Positions 36,533 to 48,712 of a stretch of DNA of 64,000 bases are shown here, in pieces. Source of the DNA: Mustelus asterias (taxonomy: Eukaryota); contig NC_135811.1 of assembly GCF_964213995.1 (NCBI RefSeq), positions 97,092,001 through 97,156,000 of the forward strand. Reading direction: 5' to 3'. The notes beneath the pieces were generated by a model that worked only from the letters and a program-made list of their open reading frames with translations, did no database searches and was not told the origin of the DNA. How positions within the stretch are numbered: position 1 is the first letter of the stretch; every line of letters begins with the position of its first letter. Both the position numbers and the translations under genes were made by a program.

Positions 36533-38221
36533 AGCCCGAATTGTCACAGATTTTCTCTGTATAAATACATTGAAACACATTCTGGTCAACATTCCTTTTA
36601 GAAATGTTAACATTGTTTTTACCATACCAATGATGTCACTATAATATGGTTTGCCCCTGATGTTTTTCAGTTCCAAGCCTGGGATTTCTATGCAGTTTGG
36701 TTACAGTCACAGTTCCATACTTGGTCACTGGGCAGCACTGTGGAGCATGAACTTTTCATGTGTAATTTTCTCATTAATAGTTTTCTCTATCCAAGCAGGA
36801 ATAGATGTGTGTGTCCTTTCAAACTGCAAGGATGAGATTCTTCAACACAAAGAGTGAATTCCCAAAGATTCATTTTTCCACAATTGTGCTCATGTTCTTT
36901 TGAGCTGTGTTGTGGACACCACAGAACACAGCAGCAGCACTTGGGAAAACAAACTGCAACTCAATATTGAAATAACCAAAACCAGTGCTTTTGGTCTCAA
37001 CACCAACTCCATTCCAGAGCCATGACTTCCTCTCTCTCTCCCTGGCACCTGTCCCAAGCTGAGTTAGACTGTTTGCAAGCTAGGTGTCATATTTGATCCC
37101 GAGAGGAGCTTCCGACTACATTTTCGCCAAGACTGCCTGTCTCCACCTCCATAATATCACCCAAACTCCTCAAAGCTCCAGCTTACCTGCTGCTGAAACC
37201 CTCATCCAAGTCTTGGTTACTCCTAGATTTGATTATTCCAATGCATCCCTGGCTGGTCTCCCACATTCTGCCCTGCATAATCTTGAAGTCATTCAAAGCT
37301 CTGCCGCCTGCGCCCTAACCCACACATGTTCTGTTCACCTCTGTACTTAGTGACTTGCATTAGAATCAAGGCATTGCTTAACTGAGAGCCTAAGTTCTCC
37401 TCTATGTTTTCAAATCCCTCCCTATCTCTGAAGGTGCTTGCCTTCAGTTGTCAAGGATCTAAGCTCTGGAATTCCCTCCTGACACCTCAACCCCTCTTCT
37501 TCCTCCTACAAGATACTTCTTAAAACCTACCTCTCCAACCAAAATTTTGGCCATCTATCCTAATATCTGGGTCAAATTTTGATAACGCCCCAGTGAAGCA
37601 CCTCGAGATGCTTTATGTTAAAGGTGTTATATAAACACAAGTTATCATTTTCATTCCAAGTTTGTTTTACTATGGGATAATGATGGTAGACAGTTTAATA
37701 ATCTACTGCGGAAAGAATAAGCAACCTGTTCGGTCTTAGCTTTGTGGTGACTGCTTTACTTCACATAGTAAAAGAGATTTAAAAGCTGCAGTTATTTATT
37801 TGATGCAATTTTGCAATTCTTTTGTCACTGCTTCCAAAGCCGGAGGGAGGAAACAACCAACATTCAAACACAATTTGTTTAGTCATATGTATGGCAGACA
37901 GTTTTGAACAAACTCTGAAAAATTCAAGTGTGTGAAACAGGTTGAGCTGGAACAGGTTAGGCCAGTTATATATGAATGACACTTTACAAAATGATTTCAT
38001 TGCAGCAGTTACAATTTTTTTTAAAAAATTGCTCGTGGGAAGTTGGCGTCACTGGCTAAGCCAGCATTTCTGGCCGTCCAAATTGCCCTTGTGAAGGTGA
38101 TGGTGAAGCTAGTCAGAAGCTTTTTCCCGGGTGGAAGAGTCAATTACCTGGAGGCATAGGTTTAAGGTGCGAGGGGCAAGGTTTAAAGGAGATGTACGAG
38201 GCAAGTTTTTTTTTAAACAGA

Positions 38222-38930
38222 GACCATAAGAAATAGGAGCAGAATTAGGCCACTCGGTCCATTGAGTCTGCTCTGCCATTCAATCATGGCTGATATTTTT
38301 CCCATCCCCATAACGCTTGATCCCCTTATTAATCAAGAACCTATCTATCTCGGTCTTATAGATACTCAATGACCTGGCCTGCAGAGCCTTCTGCGGCAAA
38401 GAGTTCCACAAATTCACCACTCTGGCTGAAGAAATTCCTCCTCATCTGTTTTAAAGGATTGTTCCTTTAGCCTGAGGTTGTGCCCTCAAGTTCTAGTTTT
38501 TCCTCCTGGTGGAAAAATCCTCTCCACATCCACTCTATCCATTGCAGTTGCAGTATCCTGTAAATTTCAATAAGATCCCCCCTCACCCTTCTAAACTCCA
38601 ACGAGTACAGACCCAGAGTGTTCAACTGTTCCTCATACGACAAGCTCTTCATTCCAGGGATCATTCTTGTGAACCTCCTCTGGACCCTTTCCAAGACCAG
38701 CACATCCTTCCTTAGATATGGGGCCCAAAACTGCTCACAATACTTTAAATGGGGTCTGACCAGAACCTTATACAGCTTCAGAAGTACATCCCTGCTCTTG
38801 TATTCTACATTGCATTTGTCTTCCTAACTGCCGACTGAACCTGCACGTTACCTTAAGAGAATCTTGAAAGATGACTCCCAACTCTCTCTGTGTTTCTGAT
38901 TTCCTCAGCATTTTCCCATTTGGAAAATAA
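38222..38930 (-). mobile_element. CR1-type LINE 3' fragment
   Basis: LERVQRRFTRMIPGMKSLSYEEQL..LGLYSLEFRRVRGDLIE (ORF 38467-38703). Confidence 0.8.
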
Positions 38931-38934
38931 ATGT

Positions 38935-39154
38935 GAGGGTGGTGGGTGCCTGGAACCCGCTGCCAGGGGAGGTAGTGGAAGCAGATACAATAGTGACTTT
39001 TAAGGGACGTCTGGACAAATACATGAATAGGTTGGGAATAGAGGGATATGTTTCCCAGAAGGGTAGGGGGTTTTAGTTCAGTCGGGCAGCATGGTCGGTG
39101 CAGGCTTGGAGGGCCGAAGGGCCTGTTCCTGTGCTGTAATTTTCTTTGTTCTTG
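38935..39154 (+). mobile_element. CR1-type LINE extreme 3' end
   Basis: gtggtgggtgcctggaa...gggccgaagggcctgttcctgtgctg...ttctttgttctt tail. Confidence 0.7.
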
Positions 39155-40420
39155 ATCCACTGCAGGCCATGTGCTGTCAGAACACCCCTAGCTCTGTTCG
39201 GAAGGAAGTTCCAGGATTTTGACCCAGTGGCAACGAAAAAACAAATTTGCCAATTCATCACGAATCTGTGGAATTCTCTACCCGGAGTGGAGTGTTGGCT
39301 CCGGAACACTAAACAAATTTGAGGAGGAGATAGATAGGTTGGTAATTAGTAGTGGGATGATGGGTAGCGGGCAGGAAGGTGGAGATGAAGCCAAGATGAG
39401 ATCAGTCACGACTTTGTTGAAAAGGTGGAACAGGCCTCGAGGAGCTGAATTGCCTACTCCTGCTCCCGGTTCTTATGTTTTTATACATCTTTTCTCTGCT
39501 TAATTTGCTTGTTAAATGTAAAATGGAATTTGAAGTTGTGACGCTCTGCTGCTTGTGACTCCTGTGAAAGATTGAATGCAGTAACTTATGCAGACGTTTT
39601 GTTCACCATCGCAGGATCACAGTCAGAAACTTACCTACCATGTGGAGGGAGGTGGGGGGGAATGTAGATATGATAGATGACTAGCTCATCACCTTCCCAC
39701 CCACCCAAGCAGGTCCCCTGCCATTTTTAAAACCAGCAACTGAACTTGTTAGCAACTGCCCCGAATATTACACTGCCCACAACATAAAATGGCTGTGTGG
39801 GCAGGAGTGAGAGGGCCTTATTTAACCTAATTGGTTAAAAGGGTAGGAGGGTGGGAATGGGGTTTACCCTGTATGTAAAAGGGCACCCACCACCCCATCA
39901 CCAAAACCTGATCCCCAACCATCTTCAATAGGCTACCAATTCTTCCCTGTAAAATACCTCTGGCTAACCTCTCGCCAGGATCCACATAGTCTTCATTCCG
40001 GGGCCTACTTGTACTCCCAGCAGTGTCCACTACAGAGTTCTGGTGCTGATAGAATTCTGATGGAGTTGCCGGCCAACAGATGGGCCAGCAGCTCTCAAGA
40101 GTGGGACTTCTCCCACTGAGGGGCAGTTTCTTCTGAGGGGGTGGGCAATACACGTTCCAACCACACTCTTCTCCGCACCCCCCCCCCCCCCCCCCCAAGG
40201 TGTAAAATAAGCTGGAGAAGCCTGAAGTATTTAAAGAAGGGCAGAAAAGTCTCAAAACAAAAACAAAACATCACCCACTACTGCACAAACCTGATTCCCT
40301 CCTACCTAGAAGATAAATAAACTGCAGAAGGAACCAAAAATTGTGCAGAAAGCAAAAAGGAGAGGATGTCACAAACTAACGCCTGTAAAAGCAATAGGAT
40401 AATACATCACTTTAAATGTC

Positions 40421-40744
40421 GGCGGCACGGTGGCACAATGGTTAGCATTGCTGCCTCTCAGTGCCAGGGACCTGGGTTTGATTCCCAGCTTTGGTCACTA
40501 TCTGTGTGGAGTTTGCACGTTCTCCCCGTGTCCGTGTGGGTTTCCTCCGGGTGCTCCGGTTTCCTCCCACAGTCCAAAGATGTGCAGGTTAGGTAGATTG
40601 GCCATGCTAAATTGTCCTTTAGTGTCAGGGGAACTAGCTGGGGTAAATGCATGAGGTTATGGGGATAGAGCCTGGGTGGGATTGTGGTTGGTGCAGACTC
40701 GATGGGCCGAATGGCCTCCTTCTGTACTGTAGGATTCTATGATT
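40421..40744 (+). mobile_element. tRNA-derived SINE, tail type A
   Basis: SINE head, core and tail. Confidence 0.82.
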
Positions 40745-40891
40745 TGATGTGACTTCTCAAAAAAGATTTAAATTAGGAAGACAATAAGTAGTCAGGAATA
40801 TGATTGGGATCGAAGTGGAGAACCAAAATGGAGGCCATCCCTCACTTCACATTTTAATAAAATGCTGAAAACATTAAAGGTTTATACAGAC

Positions 40892-40914
40892 CTTCGCATC
40901 CGTTTCTTCCTCCA
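40892..40914 (-). CDS. RPL41: Ribosomal protein L41, coding exon 2 (23-nt microexon)
   Basis: tttcttcttttaatctctag|TGG AGG AAG AAA CGG ATG CGA AG|gtctgt = WRKKRMR(R). Confidence 0.95.
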
Positions 40915-41234
40915 CTAGAGATTAAAAGAAGAAAAATAGACGATTAGAAATGTTTGTCTTTTTTTTCTAGAACATGGACAGATCTACTCTTGCATGTATT
41001 TTGGATTTATCAGAGATTAAAGTGCATCATTTACTGCAACTCAGTAATGCACAGCAGCTCTAGGTAAAAATTATGCTCAATGAAATCCAAGCCAATCTGG
41101 TTGGTTTCCAATCACTTCTTCCTTATAGCAAAGATCTTCTTTGGCTATCCTCTACACAACTCGTGTCCCAAATCTACATACCTGTCCTGTTCCCCTCAAC
41201 CATTCACATAATCTCAAATAAATAGCAAGGTAAA

Positions 41235-41447
41235 TGCAAATTACTGTGGATGCTGGAATCTGAAACAGAAAATGCTGGAAAATCTCAGGTCTGACAGCCT
41301 CAGAGAGAACAGAACTAAGTCTGGATGATTCTTCATCAGAGTGACAAAGCTCATCAGCTCTGAAGTTATCCAGACTTGAAATGTTAACCTTGTTTTCTCT
41401 CCAGAGATGCTGTCGGACCTGCTGAGATTTTCCAGCATTTTGTTTTT
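41235..41447. repeat. Palindromic dispersed repeat with degenerate hammerhead-like core
   Basis: aaaatgctggaaaatctcag...ctgagattttccagcatttt inverted arms; CTGATGA on the minus strand at ~41333-41339. Confidence 0.7.
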
Positions 41448-42489
41448 AAAACCAATCTCAAATATTAATATGCTTTCTGCTGCATTCATTGGCTTTGATT
41501 CTGCCTCGTTTTATTGTATACAGGATGGCTCTTTTGTTTTCCATCTTAAATCTTTTGCATTTAACCTCATATCTGTGGCTCCTCAATATTAACCCCCTAA
41601 GATCATCAGTAAGTGTTTCTCTCATATCCACCCAATCACCCCACAATCTCCTTCGATGATTCTGAAGAGTCAGTCCACAACTGAAACACCATTCTCTGCA
41701 CTGCCTTGGGCTTCATCAGTCATACACATTTTTAAAATCAGAGTTTATTTTAGGCATACATCCAGTGTTTAGATGTTCACAGGGAGTTGGTGATGCAATG
41801 ACATTGAACTAATAATCCAGAAATCCTGGAAAATGCCCTGGGAGCCTGGGTTTGAATCTCACCACAGCAGGTGGTGAAATTTGAAATCAATAACAAAACT
41901 AAAAAGTAACTGTGAAACTGCTGTTGTTATATCTGGTTCATTGTGGAAGGAAATCTGCTGTCCTCACCTAGTCTGGCCTACATGTGACTCCAGATCCACA
42001 GCAATGTGATTTGACTCTGAAATAGCCTCGCCTGCCACTCAGTTCAAGGGATGGGCCAGTGACACCCACATCCCCATTAAAAAAATAACATGAGGATGGT
42101 ATCCAACCAATAAATATCCCTAAACCATCAGTATCCTCCCCCCAAACAGAGAACATGGCTAAAGCAGCCACATGTTGGTGAGAGCCAGTCTGATTTACCA
42201 TTTGAATTGAAGCTCGTTCTGTCCCAACCGAGAATCTGAGTTTGTGCCCTCTTTAAACAACATTAATAATTTAAACACAATTCCCTTAATTACCCTCATC
42301 CATCGAATATGAAATGGGGGGAGGGGGATGGGTGAGGCAGCAATGTCCCAGCAGCATGGCAACGACCCTCACTATAAACATGAGGGGAGGGAGGGAGGGA
42401 CAAATAAATGCCTTCCACATAAAACATTTACCATTGCTTTGTATAAATCATGACTTTAGGGGCTGATTCACTCCCCAGACTTCACTCAC

Positions 42490-42501
42490 CTTGGCCCTCA
42501 T
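42490..42501 (-). CDS. RPL41: Ribosomal protein L41, coding exon 1
   Basis: agcATG AGG GCC AAG|gtgagt = MRAK followed by a consensus donor; the three exons join to 78 nt, [25 protein letters not shown]. Confidence 0.95.
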
Positions 42502-42509
42502 GCTTTGGA

Positions 42510-42880
42510 AGCTAAGCAACTCCCAACTGCCTCAAAGGTTCCAGCGCGCATGCGCCGTCAGACAGCAGTATGGCGCATGCACCGCCAAGCAACAGAATGG
42601 CGCATGCGGCGCCAGGCAGAATGGCGCATGCGCCACATTACTACCTTTAAAGAACGACAACTCCCACGATGCTACATGACTGGATAATAATTCACAAAAT
42701 ATTATTTTTACTCTGTTACGGTTGTGTTCGAGTTATTTCATTGTTTTAATCTTAACTGAGGTGTTGAGTTTCATTTTGATTTGATTGTGAGGAGATTGGA
42801 CTACGTGTCCCAGTGTGCTCCACGCGGCACGCCTGCGTGATGGCGGCCCTGGCCGGTTGCCATGGCAGCGGGCGGGAGGG
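42510..42880. promoter_or_regulatory. Bidirectional RPL41/KAT2A promoter
   Basis: Four NRF1-type GCGCATGC(GC) sites at 42546-42634; ZNF143-type ACGACAACTCCCACGATGC at 42654-42672 and ACTACGTGTCCCAGTGTGC at 42800-42818; RFX X-box GTTGCCATGGCAGC at 42856-42869; CpG-rich. Confidence 0.8.
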
Positions 42881-42898
42881 GTTGGGATCCTCTGGGTG

Positions 42899-43156
42899 AT
42901 GGCGGAGGCAGCGCAAGCCTCGCAGGCCCGGCCTCAGCCGCCTTATCCGTCCCCATGCCAGGCCCAGGCCGCGGCGTCGCCGTCTCCCTCCGCCGCCGCC
43001 GTTACCGCCGCCACCACCACGACTCCGAGCCCGGCCGACCCGGCGCGCCCCGGTGCCAGCAGCAGCCAGCAGCGCTCGGTCCAGCGCAAGGCCCAGGTCC
43101 GCGCTTTCCCCCGGGCCAAGAAGCTGGAGAAGCTCGGCGTTTTCTCAGCCTGCAAG
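42899..43156 (+). CDS. KAT2A: Histone acetyltransferase KAT2A/GCN5, coding exon 1
   Basis: MAEAAQ...SQQRSVQRKAQVRAFPRAKKLEKLGVFSACK|gtaag, the PCAF_N domain start. Confidence 0.93.
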
Positions 43157-43423
43157 GTAAGAACTGAGCCGCGGTGTCCGAGTGAAGCGTCCCGCCGGCT
43201 CCAAGGGGCTGCCGAGCGGGCCAGAATCCCAGTCTGACTCGGCCTGAGTCCTTTTTAAAATTTCAAACGCTAGTTTCCTAAAACAAATAGCAGGACGCTT
43301 ATTTTAGAATTAAAATGTGAGAATGGCCATCACCTCCTCTGCCTCCAATATCCCTGCACACTCATTGTCAAGACCATTGATCACTTAAGCTCAGAAAGCT
43401 GGGGGGTTGGGGGTGAGATACCT

Positions 43424-43779
43424 CTTATTTATTGTCACATGTTGAAAAGTATTGTTTCTTGCGTGCTATACAGACAAAGCATACTGTTCATAGAGTACAT
43501 AGGGGAGAAGGAAAGGAGAGGATGCAGAACGTAGTGTTACAGTCATACGGTGTAGAGAAAGATCAGCTTAATATATGATGGGTCCATTCAAAAGTCTGAT
43601 GGCAGCAGGAAAGATGATCTTGAGTCAGTTGGTACGTGATCTCAGACTTTTGTATCTTTTTCCCGATGGAAGAGAGTATATCTGGAGTGCGTAGGGGTCC
43701 TTGATGATTATGCTGGCTGCTTTTCCGAGACAACAGGAACTATAGATGGAGTCAATGGTTGGGAGGCTGGTTTGCGTGG
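43424..43779 (-). mobile_element. Rex1/Babar-type LINE 3' end
   Basis: Colinear with 8025-8390. Confidence 0.75.
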
Positions 43780-43858
43780 AACTGGAATCAGAAAGTGGGC
43801 AGAAAAGAATTGTCTTTAGCTCAGTGTTATGTTCCAGAATCTTTCACTGACTAGAGCT

Positions 43859-44449
43859 GGACTTGCGGATAACGAAGAGCAATGTCGGGCAATACAGCAG
43901 GATATAGATAGGCTGGAAAATTGGGCGGAGAGGTGGCAGATGGAGTTTAATCCGGATAACTGCGAAGTGATGCATTTTGGAAGAAATAATGTAGGGAGGA
44001 GTTATACAATAAATGGCAGAGTCATCAGGAGTATAGAAACACAGAAGGACCTAGGTGTGCAAGTCCACAAATCCTTGAAGGTGGCAACACAGGTGGTGAA
44101 GAAGGCATATGGTATGCTTGCCTTTATAGGACGGGGTATAGAGTATAAAAGCTGGAGTCTGATGATGCAGCTGTATAGAACGCAGGTTAGGCCACATTTG
44201 GAGTACTGCGTCCAGTTCTGGTCGCCGCACTACCAGAAGGACGTGGAGGCGTTAGAGAGAGTGCAGAGAAGGTTTGCCAGGATGTTGCCTGGTATGGAGG
44301 GTCTTAGCTATGAGGAGAGCTTGGGTAAACTGAGGTGGTTCTGGGAATGGAGGGATACAAACGATTGGTCTAGTTGGACCAAGGAGCAGCACAGGCTTGG
44401 AGGGCCGAAGGGCCTGTTTCCTGTGCTGTATTGTTCTTTGTTCTTTGTT
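43859..44449 (+). mobile_element. CR1-type LINE 3' fragment with 8-bp TSD
   Basis: ORF 43829-44512 with CR1 RT C-terminus; (TTCTTTG)n tail; ctagagct at 43851-43858 and 44450-44457. Confidence 0.88.
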
Positions 44450-44924
44450 CTAGAGCTCTCCTTGAATAGACAAGTAATACCATGCTTCTCAACTTGTAAC
44501 CGTAACAATTAAATAACAATTTTTAAAAATCTAGTAAAATGCTCCAAGGTGTCACCTTCAGAGGCAAAAACTGATTCTGTACAAGTTTGAGCACAAGTTT
44601 GTGAGGTGACCCAAGCATTGGTCAATGGTCGATGTCTTTTTTTTTTGGATAAGGCTGTATAAAGTTGCAGGGAGGTGGGTTAGAGACAAGAAAGGGAAGT
44701 TTAAAGTTTGAGCAGAAAAGGTTTGAAGGCTGATGTACCATGCCACAAAAGGAATACAAGCGTGAGTGGATGCAATGAGAACGGGAAGGGCATCTACTGG
44801 CCGATCGTTAGATAAAACTGAAGAGGTACGGTGCTGTTAGTGATGGATAGGATGTAAGATTTGAAGTTCTGCTAAGGATCAACATTCGACGGTCAAAGTC
44901 AGTCTGAGTGAGTAGCTGGGGAGA

Positions 44925-45170
44925 TAAAAACAGAAAATGCTGTCATAACTCAGCAGGTGAGGTAGCATCTGTGGAGAGAAAAACAGAAAACACTAGAAAA
45001 AAATCAGGGCTGGTAGCGTCTGTAGAGAGAAACAGCATCTCTGAAGAGTCAGGTGGACTTGAAACATTAACTGTGTTTCTGTCTTCATAGATGCTGCCAG
45101 AGCTGCTAAATTTTTCCAGAATTTTCTGTTATTTCAAATTTCCAGCATCTGTAGTATTTGCTTTTATTTT
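44925..45170. repeat. Palindromic dispersed repeat with hammerhead-like core
   Basis: Inverted arms; CTGAAGA-GTC-aggtg-GAC-tt-GAAA at 45041-45064. Confidence 0.6.
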
Positions 45171-45235
45171 AAAAAGAAAGGCAGAGTTAACCTTTCAGGA
45201 CTGTGACCTTTCACACTCCTGTAGATCTGGAGTGA

Positions 45236-48070
45236 AATGTAGGCTAGGAGCAGGAGGGACCACTTGGTCCCTCAAGCCTGCTCCTGATCAAGGCTGTTCT
45301 CAGCCCCACACTCCTGCTTACCCCGATGATCTTTCACCCCCTTGTTAATCAAAAATCTATCTAGCTCTGCCTTAAAAGTATTCAAAGATTCTGCTTTTGT
45401 TGGCTTTTGAGGAAAAGAGTTCCAGAGACTCTTGAAAAAAACAGAAATTCTCATCTCCATCTTAAATTTGTGATCCCTTATTTTTACTCAGTGATCAGGG
45501 GCGGCACGGTAGCACAGTGGTTAGCACTGCTGCTTCACAGCTCCAGGGACCTGGGTTCGAATCCCGGCTCGGGTTGCTGTCTGTGTGGAGTTTGCACATT
45601 CTCCCTGTGTCTGCGTGGGTTTCCTCCGGGTGCTCCGGTTTCCTCCCACAGTCCAAAGATGTGCGGGCTAGGTTGATTGGCCATTCTAAATTGCCCCTTA
45701 GTGTCCCAGGATGCATAGGTTAGAGGGGTTAGTGGGTAAATATGTAGGAATATGGGGGTAGGGCCTGGGTGGGATTGTGGTTGGTGCAGACCCGATGGGC
45801 CGAATGGCCTCTTTCTGCACTGTGGGATTCTATGATGATGATCCCTAGTTCTAAATTCTCCAAGAGGAAACATCCCTTCCGCATCCACCCTGTCAATACC
45901 TCTCACAATTTTAAAGGTTTCGACCAAGTTGTCTCTTGCTCTTCTAAACTATAGTGGATACAATTCTCACCTCTCCAACCTTTCCTCATAAGACAACCTG
46001 CCCATTCCTGATATTAGTCTAGTAAACTTTCTCTGAACTGCTAATGCATTCACATGTTTCCTTAAATAAGGAGACCAATACAGTACACAATACTCCACAT
46101 GGTCTCATCAATGCCCTGTACAACTGAAACATAACCTCCCAATTTGTGCAATCAATTCCCCTCACAAACAACATTCTATTAGCTTTCCTAAGTACTTGCT
46201 GTACCTATATACTAGTCTTTTGTGATCAATGCACTTGGACACCTAGATTCCTCTGCATCTCAAAGCTCTGCAATCTCTCACCATTTGGAGAGGCTTATTT
46301 TTTATTCATCTTGCCAAAATGGATAATTTTACATTTACCCACGTTACACTCAATTTGCCAGATTTTTGTCCACTCTCACTTAACCTATCTATCCCTCTGT
46401 AGCCTCTTCACGTCCTCTTCACAATTTACTTCCCCAACTATCTTTGTGTCGTCAGCAAATTTAGCAACCATACCTTCAGTCCCTTCATCCAAATCATTTA
46501 TACAAATTGTAGAAGTTGAAGCCCCAGCACTGATTCCTGTGGCACGCCACTCGTCATATCCTGCCAACCAGAAAATGGCCCATTTATGCCAACTGTTTCC
46601 TGTTAGCTAGCCAATCTTCAGTCCATGCCGATATGTTACCACCTACAGCTGAGCTTTTAATTTCCACAAAAGCTTTTGATATTGCACCTTATCAAATGCC
46701 TTTTAGAAATCTAAATACAGTGCATCCACCGATTTCCCCTTTATTCACAGCACAGTGGTTAGCACTGCCACCTCACAGTACCAGGGATCCAGGTTTGCTC
46801 CCCGGCTTGGGTCACTGTCCACGCAGAGTCTGCATGTTCTCCCCGTGTCTGCGTGGGTTTCCTGGGGGTGCTCCGCTTTCCTCCCACAGTCCGAAAGACG
46901 TGCTGGTTAGGTGCATTGTCCATGCTAAATTCTCCCTTCGTGTACCCGAACAGGTGCCGGAGTGTGACGACTAGGAGATTTTCACAGTAACTTTATTGCA
47001 GTGTTAATGTAAGCCTACTTGTGACACTAATAAATAAACTTTAACTTTAAAACTTCAAAGAACTCCAATAAATTGGGGCATAACTATAAGGTTCATGGTG
47101 GGAGATATCGGAGGGATGTCCGAGGTGGGTTCTTTACTCAGAGAGTGGTTGGGGTGTGGAATGCTGTGATAGTGGAGTTGGACACTTTAGGAACTTTCAA
47201 GCGGTTATTGGATAGGCACATGGAGCATACCAGAATGATGGGGAGTGGGATAGCTTGATCTTGGTTTCGGACAAAGCTCGTCACAACATCGAGGGCCAAA
47301 GGGCCTGTACTGTGCTGTACTGTTCTATGTTCTATATAAATTGATTAAACGTGATTTCCCTTTCACAAAACCATGTTGACTCTGCCTGATTGCCCTGAAT
47401 TTTTCCTAATGCCCTGCTATAATGCCTTTAATAATGGTTTCTAGCATTTTCCTTATGACATGTTAGGCCAACTGGCCTGTAGCTTCCTGCCTTCTGTCTC
47501 CCTCCCTTTTTGAATAAAGGAATTACATTTGCTATCTTCCAGTCCAGTGGAACCTTCCCTGACTCTGGGGAATTTTGGAAAATTAAAAGCAATGCATCAA
47601 CTTTCTTATTAGCTACTTCTTTCAAGACCTTAGGGTGAAGTCCATCTGGACCCAGGGGATTTGTCAGCCCACATAACCAATAATTTAACCAGTTCCCTGG
47701 TGATTGTAATTTTCTTAAGTCCCTCTCTCCCATCCATTTCCTGGTTTACTGCTATTTCTCTATAGTGAAGACCGATCAAAAATACTAAGTTATACGCCAC
47801 AGCCCAACTTTCCTTGATAAATTCCCCAGATGCATTTTCTATGACCAATGCTCACTTTAACTCCTTTCTTATTTAAATATCTATAGAAACTCTTATTATC
47901 CATCTCTATATTACTAGCTAGCTTTCTCTTGTCTAGCTTTTTTCCTTCCTTATCAATCTTTTTGTCATTCTTTGATCTTTATATTTTTTCACATCTTCTG
48001 ACCTGTTACTGCTCTTTGCACAAATATGTGCTTTTTCTTTAAGTTCAATACTGTCTTTAACTTTTTTAGT
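45236..48070 (-). mobile_element. Old CR1-type LINE, interrupted by SINEs (45498-45835, 46747-47045) and a CR1 3' end (47074-47335, plus)
   Basis: INDLDEG...VAKFADDTKI (46385-46567); GPDGLHPKVLKE...WKIANVIPLFKKG...YRPVGLT (47428-47733). Confidence 0.8.
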
Positions 48071-48429
48071 AAGGATGACAGATTTTCTCCCCTGTAGGTC
48101 ATGAGTGGACCAGAGGGTAGTTTCATGACCAGTATTAATGTGACCAGCATTTATTCCAGATTTAAATTCCCTTGCATGCTGTGGTGGGATTTGAACTTAT
48201 ATCTCCAGACTATTGGTCTGGACTTCTGGATCACTAGTCCAGTAATATTACCATACAAATATGAGGGATTATGGGAATAGGGCCTGGGTAGGATTGTGGT
48301 CTGTGCAGACTCGATGGGCCGAATGGTCTGCTTCTGCACTGTAGGGATTCTATCTATGATCATTCCCTTGAGTGAAATGGGGACCACTGAAGACACTCAA
48401 TGAGAGAGGACTTAAAATGGATGTGTCTA

Positions 48430-48712
48430 GCATGGTGGCACAGTGGTTAATACTGCTCCCTCAGCGCCAGGGACCCGGGTTCAATTCCGGCCTTGAGTGA
48501 CTGTCTGTGTGGAGTTTGCACTTCTCCTCATGTCTGCGTGGGTTTCCTCCGGGTGCCCAGTTTCCTCCCACAGTCCAAAGATGTGCAGGTTAGGTGGATT
48601 AGTTATGGGGATGGGGCGGAGGAATGGCTGGCCTGGGTAAGATGCCCTTTCAGAGAGTTGGTGTGGACTTGATGGGCTGAATGGCCTCCTTCTGCACTGT
48701 AGGGGTTTTATG
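48430..48712 (+). mobile_element. tRNA-derived SINE
   Basis: SINE head and core. Confidence 0.75.

Noticed and set aside
35342-42489. Intronic snoRNAs in RPL41, as is common in ribosomal protein genes
   Set aside because: No convincing C/D box pair with a terminal stem or H/ACA double hairpin was found by eye; a snoscan or Infernal run would be needed.
42491-42687. Repetitive ORFs (QNGAC / WRMR repeats)
   Set aside because: They are translations of the tandem NRF1 motif array, not plausible proteins.
42815-43237. 140-aa ORF as a complete gene
   Set aside because: It is KAT2A exon 1 read from an upstream GTG and through the splice donor at 43157.
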